Positions 25,341 through 34,375 of a stretch of DNA of 64,000 nt are shown one piece after another. The DNA comes from Nitrospirota bacterium. Lineage in GTDB: Bacteria; Nitrospirota; Thermodesulfovibrionia; Thermodesulfovibrionales; Dissulfurispiraceae. The stretch spans positions 32,001 through 96,000 of the forward strand of contig JBFLWF010000006.1 of NCBI GenBank assembly GCA_040758355.1, written 5' to 3'. The notes beneath the pieces were generated by a model that had not been told where the DNA came from, searched no databases, and saw nothing but the letters and a program-made list of their open reading frames with translations. Position 1 is the first letter of the stretch. Every line of letters begins with the position of its first letter. Position numbers and translations under genes: made by a program.

Positions 25341-27227
25341 ATGGAAAGGTATCGTGCGAGTGTTATGTTGTGCGGAGGCACCGGCTGCATAGCCGGAGGC
25401 AGTCTGAAGGTAAAGAATGCCCTTGACGAAGAACTCAAAAACAGGGGGCTTCAGAATGAAATAAATGTTGTCCTTACAGGTTGCAACGGGTTCTGTGCGC
25501 AGGGCCCTGTTATGACTGTTTATCCGGAAGATATATTTTATGAAAAGGTCACTGTAAGAGACATCCCTCTTATTGTTGAAGAGCACTTCATAAAGGGAAG
25601 GCCTGTTGAGAGGCTCATGTATAAGGAGCCTGCTAAGAAGCAGACAATACCTTTAATGAGGGATATACCGTTCTTCAGCCTCCAGGTTCTCAGGGCATTA
25701 AGGAACAAAGGTCTTGTAGACCCCGAAAAGATAGAGGAGTATATTGCACGTGATGGGTATCATGCTGCTGCAAAGGTGTTAACAGAGATGACCTCTGAGC
25801 AGGTAATAGAAGAGATTAAGAAGTCAGGACTCAGGGGCAGGGGAGGCGCTGGATTCCCTACAGGCTTGAAGTGGGAGTTCTGTTCGAAGGTAAAGGGAGA
25901 CCAGAAGTATATCCTTTGCAATGGCGACGAAGGAGACCCGGGTGCATTCATGGACAGGAGCATTATGGAGGCAGATCCCCATGTTGTCCTTGAGGGCATG
26001 ATTATCGGAGCAAGGGCGATAGGTGCGAATAAAGGCTACATATACGTGAGGGCAGAGTATCCCCTCGCGGTGCATAGGCTTCAGCTTGCCATAAAGCAGG
26101 CAAAGGAATACGGCCTCCTTGGAGAAAATATTTTAGGTGCCGGCTTTAACCTCGACATCGAGATATATCAGGGCGCAGGCGCATTTGTGTGCGGCGAGGA
26201 GACAGCACTGATGAGGTCAATAGAAGGAAAGAGGGGAATGCCGAGGCCGAGACCACCGTTCCCTGCACAGAAGGGACTCTGGGACAAGCCCTCTGTGCTC
26301 AACAATGTCGAGACATATGCAAACATCCCCCAGATAATATTGAACGGAGGAGAGTGGTACAGGAGCCTCGGTACAGAGAAGTCAACAGGCACAAAGGTCT
26401 TTGCATTGAGCGGCGCCATAAACAACATAGGTCTTATAGAAGTTCCCATGGGAATTCCTCTTAGAAAGATAATATACGATATCGGCGGCGGGATACCAAA
26501 AGGCAGGAAGTTCAAGGCAGTTCAGCTCGGAGGCCCGTCAGGCGGATGCATTCCGGAGCATCTCCTCGATACTCCTGTAACATACGAAGACATTGTCCAG
26601 ACCGGCGCAATCGTCGGTTCAGGCGGTATGGTTGTCATGAATGACCTCAACTGCATGGTGAGCGTTGCAAAGTTCTTTCTCGAATTTACCGCAGAAGAGT
26701 CATGCGGAAAATGCCCTCCGTGCAGGATCGGCACAACGGTCATGCTCGATATGTTGACGAACATAACAGAGGGCATGGGCAAGGAGGGAGATATAGAGCT
26801 CCTTGGAGACATGTCTCGGGATATAATAGCAACATCCCTCTGCGGATTGGGCCAGACAGCGCCGAACCCTGTCCTGACAACAATAAAATATTTCAGGGAC
26901 GAGTACGAGTCCCACATAAACGAAAAATGGTGCAAGACCGGCGTATGCAAAGAACTCTGCACATTCTACATAGATGAAGAAAAATGCAAGGCATGCGGCG
27001 CATGCAAGAGGGTCTGCCCCCAGAACGCAATCTCAGGCGAAAAGAAGGTCCCGCACCGCATCGATCAGTCCATATGCATACAATGCCGCTCATGCTATGA
27101 GGCATGCAAGTTCGATTCTGTGAAGATAGGACCGAGGAGTTACAGAGAGATCCTGAAAGAGAATATGCCTGCACAGGAAATTCTAAGAGAAATGCATATG
27201 GCTGTGCTTGCCGGAAAAGAAGAATAA
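25341..27227 (+). CDS. NuoF/HndC/HydB-type FMN/NADH subunit
   Basis: GRGGAGFPTG, DEGDPGAFMDR, CGEETAL, CGKCPPCR; N-terminal [2Fe-2S] and C-terminal 2x[4Fe-4S]. Confidence 0.93.
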   Translation: MERYRASVMLCGGTGCIAGGSLKVKNALDEELKNRGLQNEINVVLTGCNGFCAQGPVMTVYPEDIFYEKVTVRDIPLIVEEHFIKGRPVERLMYKEPAKKQTIPLMRDIPFFSLQVLRALRNKGLVDPEKIEEYIARDGYHAAAKVLTEMTSEQVIEEIKKSGLRGRGGAGFPTGLKWEFCSKVKGDQKYILCNGDEGDPGAFMDRSIMEADPHVVLEGMIIGARAIGANKGYIYVRAEYPLAVHRLQLAIKQAKEYGLLGENILGAGFNLDIEIYQGAGAFVCGEETALMRSIEGKRGMPRPRPPFPAQKGLWDKPSVLNNVETYANIPQIILNGGEWYRSLGTEKSTGTKVFALSGAINNIGLIEVPMGIPLRKIIYDIGGGIPKGRKFKAVQLGGPSGGCIPEHLLDTPVTYEDIVQTGAIVGSGGMVVMNDLNCMVSVAKFFLEFTAEESCGKCPPCRIGTTVMLDMLTNITEGMGKEGDIELLGDMSRDIIATSLCGLGQTAPNPVLTTIKYFRDEYESHINEKWCKTGVCKELCTFYIDEEKCKACGACKRVCPQNAISGEKKVPHRIDQSICIQCRSCYEACKFDSVKIGPRSYREILKENMPAQEILREMHMAVLAGKEE

Positions 27228-27242
27228 AAGGAGGAATAAGAT

Positions 27243-29699
27243 ATGCCAATAGAGCTTACAATAAACGGAAAGAGTATAAAGGTTGAGCCAGGGACGACCA
27301 TTCTTCAGGCAGCACAGAAAAACGGCATTTATATACCCAATATGTGCTATGACAAGAGACTCAAGCCTTACGGCGGATGCAGGCTCTGCATTGTGGAGGT
27401 TGAAGGGCAGCCGAGGCTCTTTGCTGCATGCTCAACCCCTGTTACAGAGGGCATGGCAGTACAAACAGAGACGCCAAAGCTTGCAAAGGCGAGGAAGCTT
27501 GTCCTTGAGCTCCTTCTTGTTCACCATCCACTTGACTGCCCCATATGCGACAAGGCAGGGGAGTGCGACCTTCAGGACCTTGCCTTTAAATACGGTCCTT
27601 CCCAGAGCAGGTTTGTGGCTGAAAGAAAGCATGACCCGGAAAGGATCGATGCACCCATTGTTGAGAGGAATCCGAACAGGTGCATCCTCTGCGGAAAGTG
27701 CGTGAGGGTCTGTGCAGAGCATCAGGGAGTGGGCGCGATAAACATAATAGGCAGGGGGTTTAAGTCAAAGATAAGCCCTGCCTTTGAGGAGACCCTCAAC
27801 TGCGAGTTCTGCGGCCAGTGCATAGACGCATGCCCTGTTGGAGCCCTCGGTGCAAAGCCTTACAGGTTCCGCTCAAGGGTGTGGTATATGGACGAATACG
27901 AGACCATATGCCCTTATTGCGGATGCGGTTGTACGACGAATGTGAGCATGAGGGAAGGAAGGATAATAAGGGCAAGGGGCAAAGAGGACGTAGGAATAAA
28001 CGAAGGGAATCTCTGCAGCAAGGGCAGGTTCGGGTTCGATTACATATATTCGGAAAACAGGCTCACAACCCCAATGATTAAAAAGGACGGGAAACTGTCG
28101 CCTGCATCATGGGAAGAGGCCCTTGAGCATGTGGCAAAGAGGCTTGAGTCCATAAAGGAACAGTACGGGCCATCTGTCATCGGAGCAATCGGCTCCCAGA
28201 GATGCACCATGGAAGACAACTATATGCTCCAGAGATTCATGAGGGATGTTATTGGCACGGATAATATAGATTCTGCAGCACGATTCGGCTATGCAAAGGC
28301 GCAGAGGGCAATGGAAAAGGCATTCGGCACGGACTTCCTGCCCATAAAATGGGATGCCCCCCTTAATACAGATTTCATGCTGGTTGTGGAGTCGGATATA
28401 ACATCCACACTTCCGGTGTGGGGATTGAATTTCATCAAGGCGAGGAATGACGGTGCAACGCTGATCGTCGCAGATACAAAGGAGACAAAGCTTGCGAGGA
28501 ACAGCACACAGTGGTTAAGGATACGGCCTGGTTCAGGCACGGTGCTTTTAAATGGTGTCGCCAAGGTCATAATAGACAAAGGTTTGTATGACAAGGATAA
28601 GGCTTCTTCAATAAAGAATTTTGATGCCCTTGTGAGCAGCCTGAAGGAGTTTACGCCATCGGCAGTCTCCAAGATTACAGGCATACCCGAAAACGAGATA
28701 TTAAGCCTTGCGCAGTCTTATGCCTCTTCCAAGAAGCGGCTTGTGGCATTGACATCAAATGCATCGGAAAATACAAAGAGCATAAACACACTCCTTGCCG
28801 CTTCAAACCTCGTACTCCTCATGGGCGACGGACCGGATGCCATACAGATACCTGCCGAGTTTTCGAATACCCTCGGAATGTGGATGGTAGGAGTCAGACC
28901 CCTTGCTGACGGAAAGGATGTCCACGAGATGCTTTATGAGACAGGCACTATAAAGGCCCTTTACATAATGGGAGAAAACCCCCTCGTAACCTTCCAGGAT
29001 GTGTCAAAGGTTGAAAGGACCCTGAAGGGCCTTGAATTGCTTATAGTGCAGGATATATTCCTTACAGAGACTGCGAAGCTTGCAGATGTTGTCCTTCCTG
29101 CATGCAGTTGGTCAGAAAAGGAAGGGACATTTATGGCAGCCACAGGCAATATCCAGAAAATACCGAAACTGATATCAGAGACAGGACAGTCTATCCCGGA
29201 CTGGAAGGTGTTCAGAAACCTTGCGAGGGTAATGAACAAAGACCTCGGGTTGAAGGGACTCATGGATATAAGGGCATTAATTGCAGACATGGTTATCACG
29301 GGTGAGACAAGGGAGGTTCATCCTTCATTCAACCCTGTTTCTTACGAGGTCATGGAGAGCGTAAGCGATGAGTATCCCATGTTCCTTGTCACTGCAAATA
29401 TCCTCCAGCACTCAGGGGCACTCTCTGTCCTCTCCAAAAACCTTGACTCTGTTGTATCCGATGCATACCTGCAGATAAATACAAAGGATGCGAAGAAACA
29501 CAATATACATGATGATGCCTTTGTAAAGGTCAGATCAAAGAGGGGAGAGGTTTATCTGAAGGCAATGCTTTCCGAAGAGGTGCCTGAAGGTACGGTTTTT
29601 GCGCCCACGCATTTTGCACATGCAAAGGTTAATACCCTGACCTATCCTTCTCTGAACGGAGGCCTGCCGCTTGTGGCAGTAAAGATAGAGGCAGCATAG
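27243..29699 (+). CDS. FdhF/NuoG/SfrA-like molybdopterin-fold Fe-S subunit
   Basis: [2Fe-2S], HxxxCxxC, 2x[4Fe-4S], CPYCGCGC..C. Active-site loop NIDSAARFGY has no Cys/Sec. Confidence 0.85.
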   Translation: MPIELTINGKSIKVEPGTTILQAAQKNGIYIPNMCYDKRLKPYGGCRLCIVEVEGQPRLFAACSTPVTEGMAVQTETPKLAKARKLVLELLLVHHPLDCPICDKAGECDLQDLAFKYGPSQSRFVAERKHDPERIDAPIVERNPNRCILCGKCVRVCAEHQGVGAINIIGRGFKSKISPAFEETLNCEFCGQCIDACPVGALGAKPYRFRSRVWYMDEYETICPYCGCGCTTNVSMREGRIIRARGKEDVGINEGNLCSKGRFGFDYIYSENRLTTPMIKKDGKLSPASWEEALEHVAKRLESIKEQYGPSVIGAIGSQRCTMEDNYMLQRFMRDVIGTDNIDSAARFGYAKAQRAMEKAFGTDFLPIKWDAPLNTDFMLVVESDITSTLPVWGLNFIKARNDGATLIVADTKETKLARNSTQWLRIRPGSGTVLLNGVAKVIIDKGLYDKDKASSIKNFDALVSSLKEFTPSAVSKITGIPENEILSLAQSYASSKKRLVALTSNASENTKSINTLLAASNLVLLMGDGPDAIQIPAEFSNTLGMWMVGVRPLADGKDVHEMLYETGTIKALYIMGENPLVTFQDVSKVERTLKGLELLIVQDIFLTETAKLADVVLPACSWSEKEGTFMAATGNIQKIPKLISETGQSIPDWKVFRNLARVMNKDLGLKGLMDIRALIADMVITGETREVHPSFNPVSYEVMESVSDEYPMFLVTANILQHSGALSVLSKNLDSVVSDAYLQINTKDAKKHNIHDDAFVKVRSKRGEVYLKAMLSEEVPEGTVFAPTHFAHAKVNTLTYPSLNGGLPLVAVKIEAA

Positions 29700-29706
29700 T
29701 TAGAAA

Positions 29707-29784
29707 ATTGGAGTATTGGAGTGTTGGAGTATTGGGAAAAACATCACTCCATCACTCCAGTTCTTTTTACTCCATTACTCCATT
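29707..29784. repeat. Octamer tandem/inverted micro-repeat
   Basis: (TTGGAGTR)x3 followed by (ACTCCATY)-like x4. Confidence 0.8.
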
Positions 29785-29865
29785 CTTGAATGCATTCAAA
29801 ACAAAAAAACTTATATTCCTATTAACCAGCAGTAAAAAAATAATTTCTTGATATATAATAATAAA

Positions 29866-31419
29866 ATGTTTCGAAACATTTATCTCGATATTCTCAATAA
29901 TATCTCCGACGGCGTCTATTACATCAACAGCGACAGGAAGATAGAGTACTGGAATAAGGGCGCAGAAATCCTTACAGGATATTCCTCTGAAGAGGTCAAG
30001 GGGAGAATTTGTGATGAGGTACTTTCATTCGAGGACGAATCCGGGGCCAAGCTGCCTGTCTATGAATATCCAGCGATTCTCTGTTTGCAGTCATCCAGAA
30101 CACATGTTAAGAGCCTGTTCCTTGTAGATAAGAATAAAGAAAAGATATATATAGAGGAGCAGGCATCCCCTGTCTTGCGGGGAGGGAAAATAATCGGCGC
30201 TGTCTGTGTCTTAAGGGACAATATGCGGGTATTTCCTGCTGTTGAGGCGCATATAAAGAGCCAGAGAAGGGAAAGGCTGGTTCCCATATGCGCATGGTGC
30301 AAGAAGATAAAGATAAGCGAGAACTCATGGGAGCAGATAGAGAAGCACCTTACAGACGAGGGGTTCGGGGTATTCACACACGGCATGTGCCCTGATTGCG
30401 CAGACAAGATATTCGAAAAGAAGGTCTATCTCGAGAGCTATCAGAATATCTGCAAGGCAATAAGTGCAAGCCTGTCCCTTAATGAGGTGTTGAACCTTAT
30501 CGTGACCAATGCCGTGAAGGTAATGAATGTGAAGGCGAGCATGCTCAGGCTTTTAAACAAGGAGACACAGAAGCTGGAAGTGGCTGCCTATTATGGACTG
30601 AGTGAAAGGTATGTAAATAAAGGCCCTGTTGATTACGACAAGAGCATTGCAGATGCCATGGAGGGCAAGGCTGTATCTATTTATGACATCACCTCTGATT
30701 CGGATGCGCGATACCGCAGAGATGCAGAGCAAGAGGGGATAAGGAGCATACTGTCGATTCCTGTCAAGTTTAAGAAAGAGGTGATCGGGGTTTTAAGGAT
30801 GTATACTGCCGAGCCTGTAAAGTATAAAGATGAAGACTTGAAATTTATGGCAGCAATAGCAGAGCAGGCAGCCATCGCAATAGTGAATGCAAGGACATTC
30901 GAGACCACCGTGTCCCGTGCAAGGGAATATCTCAGGGTGTTTGAAGAGGTGACAAAGGCGGTGAGCTCTACATTAAGGCTGAATGAGGTGCTTAATCTCA
31001 TAGTCAAGAAACTGCCCGAGGTAATGAACCTCAAGGCTGCTACTATAAGATTGCTCGATGCTACCGGCCAGAAGCTGGAATTGGCAGCAGCCTATGGACT
31101 TAGCGAGAAATACCTCGGTAGGGGGCCTGTCGATACAGAGGAAAATGTAAGGGAGGCTCTCCAGACAAGGCCTGTTGCCATATACGATGTAACAACCGAC
31201 CAGAGGATTAATTACCAGAAAGAGGCCATGGAAGAAGGGATAAAGAGCATACTTACCCTTCCAATAATTGCAAAGGACAAGGTAATAGGGGTTTTGAGGC
31301 TCCTTACAGACATGCCGCGCCATTTTACAGAAGAGGATATTGCATTTTCAGCATCTCTGGCAGAGGTGTGCGGCACTGCAATCGAGAATGCAAAGATGTA
31401 TGAGCAACTCTCCCGGTAA
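29866..31419 (+). CDS. PAS / CxxC metal-binding / tandem GAF sensor with no output domain
   Basis: PAS (YWNKGAE.LTGYS.EE); ICAWCKKI...THGMCPDC; two homologous GAF repeats ending AI.NA. Confidence 0.8.
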   Translation: MFRNIYLDILNNISDGVYYINSDRKIEYWNKGAEILTGYSSEEVKGRICDEVLSFEDESGAKLPVYEYPAILCLQSSRTHVKSLFLVDKNKEKIYIEEQASPVLRGGKIIGAVCVLRDNMRVFPAVEAHIKSQRRERLVPICAWCKKIKISENSWEQIEKHLTDEGFGVFTHGMCPDCADKIFEKKVYLESYQNICKAISASLSLNEVLNLIVTNAVKVMNVKASMLRLLNKETQKLEVAAYYGLSERYVNKGPVDYDKSIADAMEGKAVSIYDITSDSDARYRRDAEQEGIRSILSIPVKFKKEVIGVLRMYTAEPVKYKDEDLKFMAAIAEQAAIAIVNARTFETTVSRAREYLRVFEEVTKAVSSTLRLNEVLNLIVKKLPEVMNLKAATIRLLDATGQKLELAAAYGLSEKYLGRGPVDTEENVREALQTRPVAIYDVTTDQRINYQKEAMEEGIKSILTLPIIAKDKVIGVLRLLTDMPRHFTEEDIAFSASLAEVCGTAIENAKMYEQLSR

Positions 31420-31524
31420 ATCAGCAAATGAGTATATGGGTAAATGTGTATCTGATGTCAGAGCATTTTTAAAAATCTTTTACACCCATTTACTCATAAA
31501 CCCATTCACTCATTTACTAATACA

Positions 31525-32286
31525 ATGGAAGCTTTTATAAAGCGAAGGATATATAAGAGCGCCAGCGACTCTCTCGAAGAGAGGGAAGACCTTATAGCTA
31601 TTGAAAAGAGGCTAAAGGTTTCTGTAAACGGCAAAGAGGTCTTGAGCCTCTACTGCACGCCGCTTATGATAAGGGAACTTGTTGTCGGCATGTTCATGAC
31701 CGAGGATATCATCAAAGGCAAATGGTGTGCAGAGAGGATGTCCATAGAGTACGGGGAAGATGTCCTGGTAGACATCCCTGCCGAGGGAGAGGCCTCCACT
31801 GACGGTGCTGTAATCACATCAGGATGCATCGGCGGCATAACATTTCCAAAGAGATTGTCCCTGCAAAAAATAGATGACCGGTTTCAGATAAAGATGTCTG
31901 CATTGAAAGAGTTGTTCAGGAGATTCCAGAATGCCTCCGAGCTTTATAAAATAACAGGATGTGTGCACAGCGCAGGACTCAGCGACGGCAATGAAATCTT
32001 TTGCCTCGCAGAGGATATCGGAAGGCACAATGCAGTTGATAAGGTTATAGGCTATGCAATCCTTGAGAATATCCCATTCGAAGGCAAGATAATGCTCGCA
32101 AGCGGAAGATTGTCTTCAGAGATTGTATCAAAGTGCGCAAAGTGGGGAATACCCATGGTTGCGAGCAGGACATCCCCTACAAGCCTTGCAGTGGACATTG
32201 CTGAAAAAAGCGGCGTAACTGTCGTCGGCTTCATAAGGGCCGACAGGCTGAACGTCTATACAAATCCACAGAGGGTGATAAGTTAG
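31525..32286 (+). CDS. fdhD: Formate dehydrogenase accessory sulfurtransferase FdhD
   Basis: TG.VHSA, EDIGRHNAVDKVIG, SGRLSSE. Confidence 0.93.
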   Translation: MEAFIKRRIYKSASDSLEEREDLIAIEKRLKVSVNGKEVLSLYCTPLMIRELVVGMFMTEDIIKGKWCAERMSIEYGEDVLVDIPAEGEASTDGAVITSGCIGGITFPKRLSLQKIDDRFQIKMSALKELFRRFQNASELYKITGCVHSAGLSDGNEIFCLAEDIGRHNAVDKVIGYAILENIPFEGKIMLASGRLSSEIVSKCAKWGIPMVASRTSPTSLAVDIAEKSGVTVVGFIRADRLNVYTNPQRVIS

Positions 32287-32509
32287 CAGTAGCCAGACGC
32301 TTTACATCCAACGCTGCACAAGCTGATATTTTGGTAGAAATTTCTTTCCTCTCAAAAATATTGTTTGCCAACTTACTATCTGATATAATGCCATTAAAAT
32401 TAAATGCAGGATACGCTTAAAAATAAATGTTAGGGGGCAAATAACAGTAAGGAGGAGGCATCCGATATTTTGTTCCATTTCAGCTTTCTGCCTTAATCAT
32501 AAAAACGTA

Positions 32510-32863
32510 TCACCGGAATTCTTGCAGCCATTTAAAAGAGTTTTTCAAATCATCTGGTGTAGCGGTTTCCAGTAAATTAATGAGCAAGCGTATCATTTCA
32601 GGCATATCTATTACTTTTGATACGACAATGCCTGCATGTTCTTTTTCTGAAAAGAAATATGCTCTTGCAAGAGGTGCATAATGGCGGGAGTTGAAAGAAA
32701 TTATAACCCTATTTGTTTTACTGGCAAACTCTATCTGTTCTTTGTCTGACTTGCTAAGCATTCCTTCTTCGTGGGCGCTGACAACATCATATCCCCGACT
32801 TCTTAAAACTCTGGCGATGGCAGGAGAGATATCTTCATCAAGGTAGAGCTTTATTTTGCCCAC
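32510..32863 (-). CDS. DUF5615 PIN-like toxin
   Basis: Paralogue of 12091-12444. Confidence 0.85.
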   Translation of the reverse strand: MGKIKLYLDEDISPAIARVLRSRGYDVVSAHEEGMLSKSDKEQIEFASKTNRVIISFNSRHYAPLARAYFFSEKEHAGIVVSKVIDMPEMIRLLINLLETATPDDLKNSFKWLQEFR

Positions 32864-33138
32864 GGCTCATTTTTATATTGTTCTTTTATATATGCCTCTG
32901 AGCTTTCTTCGATGTATTTGGCAATCTCTTCCTTGTTGTCATAATAGTATGAAAGGGCATCGTATACCTCTGCATGAGTAAGGTGGGGGTATAGAGCAAT
33001 TATTTCATCAACTGATTTTCCAACTCGCTCAAGCTCTGCAATAAGCCTCACGCTGATTCTTGTGCCTTTAATAACAGGCTCTCCACCGCATATACTGGGT
33101 GTTTTCTCGATGTGAGGATGTGTAACTATTGTGGACAT
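32851..33138 (-). CDS. DUF433 antitoxin
   Basis: HPHI...P.ICGGEPVIKGTRISV...YPHLT.AEVYDALSYY. Confidence 0.88.
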   Translation of the reverse strand: MSTIVTHPHIEKTPSICGGEPVIKGTRISVRLIAELERVGKSVDEIIALYPHLTHAEVYDALSYYYDNKEEIAKYIEESSEAYIKEQYKNEPWAK

Positions 33139-33293
33139 TTTTAAACCTCGCTGAGACTTAATTCAGTATACCATATTCAGCATGCAATATTGCGAATAGT
33201 AGGGTATGCCGAAAAAGTTCTCTGGCTTAAAGGCATCAAATACGGAAGGGTCAAATTAGCATATGTTGATACGAAGAAGGCTGGTAAACTGTA

Positions 33294-34373
33294 TTATCTG
33301 AATCTTGTTCCCTTTTGAAGCATCTGCATCATCTCTTCAGGCACAGGCGAGTGATTGATAGCATCATCCTGCGATATCAATCCCTTTGTATAAAGTTCAT
33401 GGAGCGACTGGTTCATGGTCTGCATTCCTGAGCGTGTCTGTCCTGTCTGCATCATGGAGTATATCTGGTGGAGCTTGTCTTCCCTTATAAGATTTCTTAT
33501 GGCAGGTGTTGGCACGAGGATTTCGAGGGCAAGAACCCTTCCCTGTCCATCCTGCCTTGTCATCAATCTCTGTGAAATAATGCCTTCAAGCACAAAAGAC
33601 AACTGAACCCTTATCTGCTCCTGCTGATGTGGTGGGAATACATCTATTATCCTGTTTATTGTCTGGACTGCCGAGTTCGTATGAAGCGTGGCCAAAGTCA
33701 GATGTCCTGTCTCTGATATCCTTATGGCTGCTTCTATTGTTTCGAGGTCGCGCATCTCGCCTATGAGCACAACATCGGGATCCTGTCTCAGTATGTATTT
33801 TAAGGCATTATTAAACGAGAATGTATCGGAGTTTACCTCCCTCTGGTTTATGAGGCATTTTTTATGGCTGTGCAGGAATTCTATTGGATCTTCCACTGTT
33901 ACTATATGCGAATCCCTTTCAGAGTTTATCCTGTCTATCATTGTTGCGAGGGTTGTTGATTTTCCGCTTCCTGTGGGCCCTGTAACGAGGATGAGTCCGT
34001 GTGGTTTCTTGATGAGTTCCTCCACTACATCCGGCAGTCCCAGTTCCTGAAATGTCTTGATGTTAAATGGTATTGCCCTGAATGCACCTGCAACCGCGCC
34101 TCTCTGAAGAAACATATTTGCCCTGAATCTGCTGAGGCCTTTCACGCCGAATGAGAGGTCAAGTTCATTGTTCTCCTCGAATTTATGCTTCTGGGATTCT
34201 GTAAGAATACTGTAGCAGAGCTCCTTTGTGTCTTCAGGCGTCAAAGAAGGATTGCCTTCAACCGGAACAAGCCTTCCTGCTATGCGCAGCCTCGGCGGAC
34301 TGCCTGTTGTTATGTGCAGGTCGGATGCGCCCTTTTCTATCATTAATCTCAATAAATCAAATAATGAAGCCAT
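33294..34373 (-). CDS. pilT: Type IV pilus retraction ATPase PilT
   Basis: ASDLH, GPTGSGKSTT, AIRNLIRE. Confidence 0.95.
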   Translation of the reverse strand: MASLFDLLRLMIEKGASDLHITTGSPPRLRIAGRLVPVEGNPSLTPEDTKELCYSILTESQKHKFEENNELDLSFGVKGLSRFRANMFLQRGAVAGAFRAIPFNIKTFQELGLPDVVEELIKKPHGLILVTGPTGSGKSTTLATMIDRINSERDSHIVTVEDPIEFLHSHKKCLINQREVNSDTFSFNNALKYILRQDPDVVLIGEMRDLETIEAAIRISETGHLTLATLHTNSAVQTINRIIDVFPPHQQEQIRVQLSFVLEGIISQRLMTRQDGQGRVLALEILVPTPAIRNLIREDKLHQIYSMMQTGQTRSGMQTMNQSLHELYTKGLISQDDAINHSPVPEEMMQMLQKGTRFR

Positions 34374-34375
34374 AA

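Noticed and set aside
27243..29699. Selenocysteine formate dehydrogenase
   Set aside because: The ORF is uninterrupted, with no TGA or Cys at the ligand position.
33203..33237. Possible fifth tandem-G.A hairpin (ATGCCGAAAAAG...CTTAAAGGCAT)
   Set aside because: Too degenerate to assign by eye.
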